Shown here one piece after another: positions 53,036-64,000 of a DNA stretch of 64,000 nt. Below the pieces are notes generated by a model. It ran no database searches. It saw only the letters and a list, made by a program, of their open reading frames with translations, and had not been told where the DNA came from. The translations under genes and the position numbers were made by a program. Source of the stretch: Spirochaetia bacterium (lineage in GTDB: Bacteria > Spirochaetota > Spirochaetia > SZUA-6 > Bin103); the NCBI GenBank assembly GCA_965208065.1, contig OZ242313.1, positions 3,678,369 to 3,742,368 of the forward strand, in the 5' to 3' direction. Position 1 is the first letter of the stretch. The number at the start of each line of letters is the position of its first letter.

Positions 53036-55063
53036 ATGGCGCAGGAAATTCGCAACATCGGCATCATCGCCCACATCGACGCCGGCAAAACCACCACCAC
53101 GGAACGGATCCTGTTCTACACCGGCATCAGCCACCGCATGGGCGAGGTGGACGACGGCGAAGCCACCATGGACTGGATGAGCCAGGAACAGGAGCGCGGC
53201 ATCACCATTACCGCCGCCGCCACCACCTGCTACTGGCGCGGCCATCAGATCAACATCATCGACACCCCCGGCCACGTCGATTTCACGGCCGAAGTGGAGC
53301 GCGCCCTGCGCGTCCTGGACGGCGCCATCGGCGTATTCTCCGCTGTCGAGGGGGTGGAACCGCAGTCCGAGCAGGTGTGGCGGCAGAGCGACCACCACCG
53401 GGTTCCGAGAGTCGCATTCATCAACAAGCTCGACCGGACCGGCGCCCGCTTCCGGGAGGTGGTGGCCGAGATGAGCGAGCGCCTGGGCGGACTGCCGGTG
53501 CCGGTGCAAATTCCGTTCGGTACCGAGTCCGGGTTTACCGGCATCGCCGACCTGATCGAAGGCGTCGGGCTGCGCTTCGGCGGCGCCCGCGGCGAGCGGA
53601 TCGAGCGGGTCGCGATTCCGGACGCGCTGCGCAACGAGGTCGACGCGGCGCGCGAGCGCCTGATCGACGAGTTGGCCACCGAGTCGGACGACATCACCGC
53701 CCGCTACCTGGAAGGCGAGCCGATTCCCGCCGAGCTGCTGCGCAGCGAAATCCGCCGCCGTACCATGGCCGGAGACCTGTTCCCGGTACTGTGCGGCGCC
53801 GCGCTGCGCAACACCGGGGTGCAGCCGCTGCTCGATGCCATCGTCGACTACCTGCCCGCCCCCGGCGAGGTCGCCCCGCCGGCCGCGGTCGACCGGGCCG
53901 GCAACACGGTCGAGCTGCCGCGCGGCGGGCAGGCCGCTCCGATCGCCCTGGTGTTCAAGCTGCGCCACGACCGCGAGGCGGGCGTGCTGAGCTACCTGCG
54001 CGCCTATACCGGCGCCATTCGCTCCGGCGCCACGGTGCACAACGTGGGCCGCGGCGGCCGCGAACGCATCGGACGGCTGCTGCGCATGCATGCCAACCGG
54101 TCACAACCGTTGACCGAGCTGACTGCCGGCGACATCGCCGTGGCGGTCGGGCTCAAGCAGGTGCAGACCGGCGACACCGTGGGCGGCCCGGGCGCAAAGC
54201 TGCTCCTGGAGCGGATGAGCTTCCCGGAGCCGGTCATCTCGGCGGCGGTCGAGCCGCACACCGCCGCCGACGCCGCCCGGCTGCGCGGCGCGCTCGACAT
54301 CGTGGCGCGCGAGGACCCCACGTTCCTGGTCCGCGAGAGCGACGAAACCGGTCAGCTGCTGATTTCCGGGATGGGCGAGCTGCATCTCGACGTGGTGATC
54401 CGCCGCATCGCGGAAGAGTTCCGCGTACCGGCGCGGATCGGGCAACCGCAGGTCGCGTACCGGGAATCGATTACCGCCGGCGCGCGTCACCACCAGCGCT
54501 ACCAGCGCACCATCGGTGGCGCCGTGCACTGCGCCGGGGTAACACTGCACGTGGCGCCGCAGGCGCGCGGCAGCGGCAACGCCGTAACCAGCAAGCTGGC
54601 CGCGGACCACCTGCCGGCGGAAGTGGCGGCGGCACTGCTGGACACCGTCCGCAACGCCATGAACTCCGGCGTCCTTTACGGCTACCCCACCATCGATATC
54701 GCCGCCACCGTCGAGGACGTCGCCTACGACCCCGCCACCGCATCGCCCGCCGCGTTCGAGACGGCCGGCGCCCTGGCCTTCTACGAAGCGTGCCGGAAGG
54801 GCGGGCCCGCGCTGCTGGAACCGGTCATGGAGGTGGAAGTGTTCGCGCCGCGCGAGTCGCTCGGCGAGGTAATCGGCAACCTGGGCGCGCGCGGCGCCAC
54901 CGTAGCCGCGGTCGAATCGCGGCCAGCCGGCGAGCAGGTAAAGGCGTACGCGCCGCTGGCAAAGCTGTTCGGCTACTCGACCACGCTGCGCAGCCTGACC
55001 CAGGGCCGCGGCGTATTCACCATGGCCTTCACCCACTTCGCACCGCGCGACGAGCCGGCCTGA
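53036..55063 (+). CDS. elongation factor G family GTPase (EF-G paralog 1)
   Basis: G1 'AHIDAGKTT', G3 'DTPGHVDF', then EF-G domains II-V; 676 aa. Confidence 0.8.
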   Translation: MAQEIRNIGIIAHIDAGKTTTTERILFYTGISHRMGEVDDGEATMDWMSQEQERGITITAAATTCYWRGHQINIIDTPGHVDFTAEVERALRVLDGAIGVFSAVEGVEPQSEQVWRQSDHHRVPRVAFINKLDRTGARFREVVAEMSERLGGLPVPVQIPFGTESGFTGIADLIEGVGLRFGGARGERIERVAIPDALRNEVDAARERLIDELATESDDITARYLEGEPIPAELLRSEIRRRTMAGDLFPVLCGAALRNTGVQPLLDAIVDYLPAPGEVAPPAAVDRAGNTVELPRGGQAAPIALVFKLRHDREAGVLSYLRAYTGAIRSGATVHNVGRGGRERIGRLLRMHANRSQPLTELTAGDIAVAVGLKQVQTGDTVGGPGAKLLLERMSFPEPVISAAVEPHTAADAARLRGALDIVAREDPTFLVRESDETGQLLISGMGELHLDVVIRRIAEEFRVPARIGQPQVAYRESITAGARHHQRYQRTIGGAVHCAGVTLHVAPQARGSGNAVTSKLAADHLPAEVAAALLDTVRNAMNSGVLYGYPTIDIAATVEDVAYDPATASPAAFETAGALAFYEACRKGGPALLEPVMEVEVFAPRESLGEVIGNLGARGATVAAVESRPAGEQVKAYAPLAKLFGYSTTLRSLTQGRGVFTMAFTHFAPRDEPA

Positions 55064-55231
55064 CCGGCGCCGCGGCCGGTCCGCGGCGTCCGCGGCGCAA
55101 ACCGTTTGACAAGGCACCGGCGCAACCCTACGATCCGACTCGGTCCTTCCCGAGCGCTCGGCGCGTGTATCTGACCGTTCCCGCAGGAGCGCTGGCAGAC
55201 ACGAGGGCGGCCACACAAGAGGAGACGTTCC

Positions 55232-57283
55232 ATGAGCACGGCAACTTCCGAAATTCGCGCAACTTCTGATATTCGCAACGTAGCGGTAATCGGTCACGGC
55301 GGTACCGGCAAGACTTCCCTGGTCGAGCAGGCGTTGGTGCGCGGCAAGGTGGTGCCCAAGTTCGCCCCGGTGGACGGCGGCAAGTCGGTAAGCGACCACT
55401 CGCCCGAGGAGATCGCGCGCGGCATCTCGGTACACACCGGCGCGGCGCACCTGCCGTGGAACGGCGCCAAGATCAACCTCCTCGACACGCCGGGATCCGC
55501 CGACTTCATCGGCGAGGTGGTGGCCGCCCTGCACGTCAGCGACGTCGCGGTCATGGTGGTGGGCGCGGACGTCGGCGTGCAGATCGAAACCGCCAAGCTG
55601 TGGCGCCGCCTGCAGGCGGCCGGCAAGCCGTGCATCGTGTTCGTCAACCAGATGGACAAGGAACACGCCAACTTCGCCACCGTCCTGGCCGACCTGCGCG
55701 AAAAGCTGTCCGGCAGCTTCGTTCCGGTGGTGGTGCCGATCGGCGACGGCGCCGGCTTCTCCGGCGTCGTGGACCTGCTGAGCGGCAAGGCCCTCACCCA
55801 CATGGGCGGCCAGGAGTCCCCGGGCACGGTTCCCGACGACCTCGCAGACACTATCGAGGAGTACCGCCAGAGCGTGATCGAGGGCGCGGCCGAGGGCAGC
55901 GACGAGCTGATGGAGAAGTACCTCGAAGAGGAGTCGTTGAGCGACGACGAGGTGCGCACCGGGCTCGCCACCTCGCTGCACGGCAACCTGGTGGTGCCGG
56001 TGGTGGCCGGATCGGCAACTCTGAACTCCGGCGTGGCGAGCCTGCTCGACGCACTGGCGGCGGCGGCGCCGTCGCCGGCCGGCGGCGTGGATACGGACGG
56101 TGCCCCGTCGGCGTTCGTGTTCAAGACCAGCCTCGACCAGTACTCGGGCAAGCTGTCCTGGATCAAGGTGATGACCGGCGAGATTACGCCCGACACCGAG
56201 CTGACGGTTACCCGCGACGGCCGCAAGGAACGCATCACCAAGCTGTTTACCCTGTGCGGGTCGCAACTGATCGACAGCCGCGGCCTCGCCGCCGGTGACC
56301 TGGGCGTCCTCACCAAGCTGACCAGCGCCGCGACCGGCGACACCCTCTCCCAACAGTCCGACCTGGCCTATCCGCCGCTCGACCTGCCGCAGCCGGTGCA
56401 CGCGGTCACCTTGGCGGCGCAGTCCAAGAAGGACGAGGACAAGCTCGGACAGTTCCTGTCACGGTCGGCGGAGGAGGATCCTACCTTCAAGGTGCGCTAC
56501 AACGGCGAGACCCGCGAAACCGTGGTGTCGGCAATGGGCGAGTTGCAACTCTCCATCGCCCTGGAACGGCTCAAGACCACCGCCAAGGTGGAGGTGGAGA
56601 CCAACGTTCCGCGGGTGGCGTATCGCGAAACCATTACCAGGTCGGCCGCCGCCGAGTACCAGCACAAGAAGCAGACCGGCGGTCATGGCCAGTACGCAAA
56701 GGTGGAGATCACGATCAAGCCGCTGCCGCGCGGCGAGCAGTTCTCGTTTGTGAACCAGACCGTCGGCGGAGCCATCTCCAAGGGATATATCCCGGGCGTC
56801 GAGAAGGGCCTGCGCGAGGGCATGGCCGGCGGCGTGTTGGCCGGCTTCCCGGTGGTCGACGTCGAGATCGCGCTGGTGGACGGCAAGGAGCACTCGGTCG
56901 ACTCCTCCGAACTGGCGTTTTCGCTGGCGGCCCGGGGTGCGCTGCGCAGTGCGATCGACCAGGCCAGGCCGGCTCTGCTGGAACCGGTCGCCAACCTTAC
57001 CGTGTTTGTGGAGGAAGGCTACCTCGGTGACGTGCTGTCCGACCTGAGCAGCCGGCGCGGGCGCATTCAGGGCCAGGAACCGATCGACGGAGGCATGCTG
57101 GAGGTGAAGGCGCTCGTACCACAGGCGGAGTTGCTCCGCTACGCCATCGATCTCAAGTCGATGACCTCCGGCACTGCGTCATTCGAGATGGAGTTCGACC
57201 ACTACGCTCCGCTTACCGGGCGCCTCGCGGACGACATCATCAAGCGGTCGCAGGAGGCGGACACGGTCGGCGCCGGACGCTGA
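55232..57283 (+). CDS. elongation factor G family GTPase (EF-G paralog 2, divergent G motifs)
   Basis: G1 'GHGGTGKTS', G3 'DTPGSADF'; 683 aa; EF-G-like domain order. Confidence 0.75.
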   Translation: MSTATSEIRATSDIRNVAVIGHGGTGKTSLVEQALVRGKVVPKFAPVDGGKSVSDHSPEEIARGISVHTGAAHLPWNGAKINLLDTPGSADFIGEVVAALHVSDVAVMVVGADVGVQIETAKLWRRLQAAGKPCIVFVNQMDKEHANFATVLADLREKLSGSFVPVVVPIGDGAGFSGVVDLLSGKALTHMGGQESPGTVPDDLADTIEEYRQSVIEGAAEGSDELMEKYLEEESLSDDEVRTGLATSLHGNLVVPVVAGSATLNSGVASLLDALAAAAPSPAGGVDTDGAPSAFVFKTSLDQYSGKLSWIKVMTGEITPDTELTVTRDGRKERITKLFTLCGSQLIDSRGLAAGDLGVLTKLTSAATGDTLSQQSDLAYPPLDLPQPVHAVTLAAQSKKDEDKLGQFLSRSAEEDPTFKVRYNGETRETVVSAMGELQLSIALERLKTTAKVEVETNVPRVAYRETITRSAAAEYQHKKQTGGHGQYAKVEITIKPLPRGEQFSFVNQTVGGAISKGYIPGVEKGLREGMAGGVLAGFPVVDVEIALVDGKEHSVDSSELAFSLAARGALRSAIDQARPALLEPVANLTVFVEEGYLGDVLSDLSSRRGRIQGQEPIDGGMLEVKALVPQAELLRYAIDLKSMTSGTASFEMEFDHYAPLTGRLADDIIKRSQEADTVGAGR

Positions 57284-57284
57284 C

Positions 57285-57758
57285 CTACAGGATGAGCGAT
57301 CCCGGGAACAGGAAGTGCAGCAACGCCACCGCGATTCCGGCCAGCCCGGCCGGCGTGCGGTAGCCGGCCGCCAGCCGCACCGCTTTCTCGGCCGTGCCAT
57401 CGGCCACCACCACGTGCGATGAGCCTTCCTTGGAGGTGTGCACCGGACGTTCCGCGCCACCCTCGGCATCTCCCGCCTCGGCGTTGAGAGCTACCGAAAT
57501 AAGCACGCCGCCGAGCGCGATTCCGGCCAGCGCCGGCAGCAGATCGCCAACCACCGCAATCTGCAACTGATCCGCGAGCACGAACAGCTTCAGGACGCCG
57601 ACTCCGGCGGTGATTGCGCCGATCGTCACCCCCGACGAACGGCTGCTGAGCTCCGGCAGCAGCGTTCTCATCCAGGGAAGCCGCTGGGCCAGGTAGTCGC
57701 CGGCCAGAATCACGCCGGCCAGCATGTTGATCACGATCGACAAAAAATAAAACTGCAT
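57285..57758 (-). CDS. small integral membrane protein (DUF-like)
   Basis: Hydrophobic 157-aa protein starting 'MQFYFLSIVINMLAGVILAG'. Confidence 0.45.
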   Translation of the reverse strand: MQFYFLSIVINMLAGVILAGDYLAQRLPWMRTLLPELSSRSSGVTIGAITAGVGVLKLFVLADQLQIAVVGDLLPALAGIALGGVLISVALNAEAGDAEGGAERPVHTSKEGSSHVVVADGTAEKAVRLAAGYRTPAGLAGIAVALLHFLFPGSLIL

Positions 57759-57804
57759 GATGCGTTTCCTTCTTGTTGACGATACAACGCCGCACACCGC
57801 GCGG

Positions 57805-59487
57805 TCAACGCAATCGGTGGTGCCGGCCGCGCCGGTCAGCACCGCGCGCCGGCCGCGGCCAGGCGGCGCGTCCGACATGCGGCAGCAAATCCTCGGCCAC
57901 AATCCAGCCGCCGGCGCGGGCCGCCTCGCGGCCGGCGCACGAGTGCACCAGTACCGCCGCGCGGGCGGCGGCCGCCGCGCCCAGTCCGCGGCTCAGCAGG
58001 CCCGCCACCACGCCGGCGAGCACGTCGCCGGAGCCGCCGGTGGCCAGCGCCGGGTTGCCGGCATCGAGAATGGCCAGCCCGTCCGCGCCCGCCACCCAGC
58101 TCACGTGGCCCTTGAGAATTACCACTGCCTGCCACCGTTCGGCCGCGGCGGCCGCGGCGGCGGCCGGGTCGGCCAGCACCTGCGCGGTCGGCATGCCGAG
58201 CAGGCGGCCCATCTCGCCGGGGTGCGGCGTGAGCACCCAGTGCCCGCCCAGCGGCCGCGGCCGTCCCTCGGCGGCGGCGAGCTGTGCGAGCAGGGTCAGG
58301 CCGTCGGCGTCGAGCACACCGGGCAGCGGCGCCGCCAGCAGCTCGCCGAGCAGGGTGCGGCGCTGCTCGGCGAGCCCCCATCCCGGCCCCACCAGCAGCG
58401 CCTGGTGGCGCGCCAGCAGCGCCGCGAGGTCCGCCCCGCCGGCCACGTCCAACTGCCGGCACATGGTGGAGCGCGCCGCCGGCGCCACCAGCGGGTAGGT
58501 GTCGGGATCCGCGTACAAGGTCACCAGGCCGGCCCCGGCGCGCGCCGCCGCGTTGCTCGCCAGGTGGGCGGCGCCGGTGGTGCCGGGGGCGGCCGCGAAC
58601 ACGGCAACGTGGCCGCGCGTGCCCTTGTGCGCGTCGAGCGCGGCGTCTGGCAGCAGGCCGGGCAGCAGGTCGCCGGTCAGCAGGTGGCAGCCAATGGCGG
58701 GGTCGGCGAGCAGGGCGGGCGGGAAGCCCACCGCCACCACCAGGATCGCTCCGACGGCGGTGCGCACGGCGGGCAGGTACAGGCAGCGCTTCGGCAGCGC
58801 CATCGTGACGGTTGCGGCGGCGCGTACCAACGGGCCCCCGTCGTAGCCGTCGTGCAGACCGCTCGGCACGTCGATCGCCACTACCCTGCCGGGGGCCGCG
58901 TTGATCTGCTCCACCACCGCGGCCGGCGGTCCGGCCAGCACCCCCCGCAATCCGGTCCCGGCGATGCCGTCGAAGATCCAGGCCGCGCGGCGCAGCACCG
59001 CGCGCCCCTCCTCGCCGGCCAGAACGGCAATGCCCAGCGCACGGCAGGCGGCGAGATTGATCGCCGCCGAGCTGCCGGCGCGCGGTTCGCCGCCGGCCAG
59101 CACCACCACCGCGTGCTCGGCCCCGGCCAGGTGCGCGTGGCGCGCCATCACGAACGCGTCGCCGCCGTTGTTGCCGCGCCCGGCCACAAACGCCAGCGTG
59201 CCCGTCACGCCGGTTCCGTGCCACAGGTGGGCGCGCACGGCGGCGTAGGCGTTGGCGCCGGCGTTCTCCATCAGAACCCCGCCCGGCAACGCCCAGTCGC
59301 TCTGCGCGCGGCGGTCGATGCCCGCCATCTGCGCACCGGTCACCGCCGCCAGCGGACGCAGTCCGCGCCACGCCGCCGCGCCTGCCTCCACGGTCCCGGT
59401 CGCGCCGATCATCCTCTTACTCCGCCACCAGCAGGTCGCCCCGCCACCACACCATCCGCACCCGGTCACCGGCGCCGAGCAGGCCAT
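57805..59487 (-). CDS. nnr: bifunctional NAD(P)H-hydrate repair enzyme Nnr (epimerase/dehydratase)
   Basis: YjeF-N 'GRGNNGGDAFV' and the C-terminal kinase-like 'ATGGSGDVLAGVVAGLL'. Confidence 0.8.
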   Translation of the reverse strand: MACSAPVTGCGWCGGGATCWWRSKRMIGATGTVEAGAAAWRGLRPLAAVTGAQMAGIDRRAQSDWALPGGVLMENAGANAYAAVRAHLWHGTGVTGTLAFVAGRGNNGGDAFVMARHAHLAGAEHAVVVLAGGEPRAGSSAAINLAACRALGIAVLAGEEGRAVLRRAAWIFDGIAGTGLRGVLAGPPAAVVEQINAAPGRVVAIDVPSGLHDGYDGGPLVRAAATVTMALPKRCLYLPAVRTAVGAILVVAVGFPPALLADPAIGCHLLTGDLLPGLLPDAALDAHKGTRGHVAVFAAAPGTTGAAHLASNAAARAGAGLVTLYADPDTYPLVAPAARSTMCRQLDVAGGADLAALLARHQALLVGPGWGLAEQRRTLLGELLAAPLPGVLDADGLTLLAQLAAAEGRPRPLGGHWVLTPHPGEMGRLLGMPTAQVLADPAAAAAAAAERWQAVVILKGHVSWVAGADGLAILDAGNPALATGGSGDVLAGVVAGLLSRGLGAAAAARAAVLVHSCAGREAARAGGWIVAEDLLPHVGRAAWPRPARGADRRGRHHRLR

Positions 59488-60610
59488 AGAGGACTCCGCT
59501 GTCGTTCATACCCAGGGTAACGTAACCGAGTCCGGTCTCGTCCAACACCCATTGGCGGCGCACCACCACCTGTCCGCTCCGGCCCAGCACCAGCAGCGAG
59601 CGCGTCCGTTCGTCCTCGCGCCGGGTCAGAAACAGCAGCCCGTCCGCGGTCACGCCGAGCGGGTGGTACTGCGGCCCGGCCAGCTCCCCGCTGCCAACAT
59701 CGGCCGCTCCGCGCAGCCGCCCGGTGTCCGGCACGTCGAACGACGCCACCACGCTGCGCGATGCCACGTCGTACAGGCGCACCCCGGGAACCGCACCGCC
59801 GCTGCTGCCGCCGCTGCCGTCGTCGTCGGCGTCCTGCTGCCAAGCCTCCACGAATACCAGCAGCCGCCGCTGCGCCACCAGCGGCAGCAAATCGCGTACC
59901 ACCAGCGCCGGCTCGTCGCCCAGCCGCCCGGCGTGCGCCAGCTCCAGCCGGTCCTGCAGGCGGCCGTCGCCGTCGTACCAGTAGGTAATCCACTGCTCGG
60001 GAGTCCGCGCCGTTACCACCAGCGTGTCGTCGGCCATCACCGTCAACCGCTCCACGAACGGGAACGGCGCGCCGCCCCTGCCCTCGCGACCGATCGCGTC
60101 CAGGTAGCTGCCGTCCGGGCCGAACCGCTTGACCAAGTGTCCGTCCACCACCAGTATCCGCTGCCGGTTGTCCACCGCGATGTGGCTCAGTTCGCGAAAG
60201 CGGTGCGGCACGGCGGTGCGCGTGGCAACGCCATTGCCGCCCGCGGCCAGACCCACCGGACCCGGATTCCGATCCGGGTCGTAGATCAGCAGCAGCAGGT
60301 CGCCGTGCGACGAGAGCTGCATCACCTTGCGCGCATTGCCGTTGGCTACGTAGAACAGGCCGTCGCGCATCGCAACCCGCGTCGCGTGCGGCGCGGGCGC
60401 ACCGGCGACCCGAACCAGGTCCAACTGCTCGTCGAGCGGCCCGACGCCGAGGCGGAACAGTTCGTCGCCGATCAGTTCCGCCGGCATCCGGCTGCCGCAC
60501 GACCCCAACACCGCCATGCCGGCGACACCGGCGGCGGCGACAAGGACGCGGAGCAGCACGGCGCGGCGGCCGGCCGCGAGGGTGCCGGACACAACCGTCA
60601 TCCTGGTCAT
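59417..60610 (-). CDS. lipoprotein, probably a beta-propeller-like repeat protein
   Basis: Signal/lipobox 'AVLGSCGS'; repetitive beta-rich sequence; start uncertain; overlaps the nnr 5' end. Confidence 0.45.
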   Translation of the reverse strand: MTRMTVVSGTLAAGRRAVLLRVLVAAAGVAGMAVLGSCGSRMPAELIGDELFRLGVGPLDEQLDLVRVAGAPAPHATRVAMRDGLFYVANGNARKVMQLSSHGDLLLLIYDPDRNPGPVGLAAGGNGVATRTAVPHRFRELSHIAVDNRQRILVVDGHLVKRFGPDGSYLDAIGREGRGGAPFPFVERLTVMADDTLVVTARTPEQWITYWYDGDGRLQDRLELAHAGRLGDEPALVVRDLLPLVAQRRLLVFVEAWQQDADDDGSGGSSGGAVPGVRLYDVASRSVVASFDVPDTGRLRGAADVGSGELAGPQYHPLGVTADGLLFLTRREDERTRSLLVLGRSGQVVVRRQWVLDETGLGYVTLGMNDSGVLYGLLGAGDRVRMVWWRGDLLVAE

Positions 60611-60693
60611 CCTACGGAGCATGCCCGGTTGCCGACAAGCTCCCTTGGCAACGCGAGTAGACCGGCGCCGACGGCGCAAAGTACATTGCGCGC

Positions 60694-63498
<2,805 letters not shown>

Positions 63499-63499
63499 A

Positions 63500-63526
63500 C
63501 GGCGCCGGCCCGGCGCCGTTCAGCGC
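63500..63526. terminator. GC-rich perfect hairpin between convergent secA and the M23 peptidase gene
   Basis: 'ACGGCGCCGG CC CCGGCGCCGT' palindrome directly after the secA stop; no U-tract. Confidence 0.35.
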
Positions 63527-63528
63527 GG

Positions 63529-64000
63529 TCAGCGCAACCCGGGAATCAAGTCGGCCGGGTTGAGATGGAGTTGTCCGCGGCGCAACTCGAAGTGCAGGTG
63601 GGGGCCGGTGGAACGGCCCGTCGAGCCAATCGCGCCGATCGATTCACCGCCGCTCACGCCCTCGCCGCGCGCTACGTAGATGCGGCTCAGGTGCGCGTAC
63701 AGCGAAGAGTAGCCGGCGAAGTGGGCCACAATGATGTACTTGCCAAGCACGCCGTTCGATCCCACCGCGGCGACCCGGCCGTCCTGCACCGAGTACACGC
63801 GGGTGCCATGCGGCGCGGCGATGTCGACACCGCGATGCTGGCGCCAGCCGCCGCCGAACGGATCGCGGCGCGGGCCAAACCGGGAACTGACCCAGCCGGT
63901 CCTGGCCGGACGCTGGAATGCGGTGCCGGTCGCCAGGCTCAACTCTCGTCCAGAGTGCTGAACCCCGGGAAAGAACAGCTCCATGGAAGCGGTCAGCTCC
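63529..64000 (-). CDS. M23-family (LytM-domain) peptidase, partial (N-terminus may lie beyond the window)
   Basis: 'HRGVDIAAPHGTRVYSV.DGRV' and 'GSTGRSTGPHLHFEL' M23 metal-binding motifs. Confidence 0.8.
   Translation of the reverse strand, partial: ELTASMELFFPGVQHSGRELSLATGTAFQRPARTGWVSSRFGPRRDPFGGGWRQHRGVDIAAPHGTRVYSVQDGRVAAVGSNGVLGKYIIVAHFAGYSSLYAHLSRIYVARGEGVSGGESIGAIGSTGRSTGPHLHFELRRGQLHLNPADLIPGLR

Noticed and set aside
53377-55269. 630-aa plus-strand ORF rich in R/G/A
   Set aside because: Alternative frame of the first EF-G paralog.

Overview
High-GC (~68-70%) bacterial chromosomal window dominated by a ~29 kb CRISPR-Cas island. In order, the island carries: (i) a complete subtype I-G (formerly I-U) interference module: cas3 with C-terminal HD, csx17/cas8u2, csb1/cas7u, csb2/cas5u-cas6u; (ii) a subtype III-D-like module: two CARF-domain proteins (an NE0113-like CARF protein with a possible wHTH, and a Csx1-type CARF-HEPN), an HD-less Cas10 with an intact GGDD cyclase motif, four Cas7-group RAMPs, a Csx10-like Cas5-group RAMP, Cas11, and two uncharacterised translationally coupled subunits; (iii) a 62-repeat CRISPR array (36-bp repeat) whose oldest spacer is split by an IS256-family element, leaving one degenerate terminal repeat on the far side; (iv) a leader and a minus-strand cas4-cas1 fusion plus cas2. 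The type III module has no cas6, cas1/2 or array of its own, so it presumably shares those of the I-G system. At the far left edge of the island, a ~230-bp fragment of cas4 is duplicated in direct orientation and is itself split by an IS4/IS5-superfamily element with 16-bp inverted repeats and a 5-bp AATAC target duplication; the fragment runs into the 3' end of a degenerate GspE-like ATPase gene. The remainder is housekeeping: an enolase-superfamily/PNP-nucleosidase/amidohydrolase/Rieske operon, an ABC exporter, an SDR, tRNA-Leu(UAA), a third IS (rve-family), two lnt paralogs, rho, a response regulator, HU/IHF, rpsT, tyrS, glyQS, gltX, bioY, pgeF, two tandem EF-G paralogs, nnr, a lipoprotein, secA and an M23 peptidase. 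Coordinates of cas gene starts were derived from the supplied ORF track; array and IS boundaries were read by eye and may be off by 1-2 nt.
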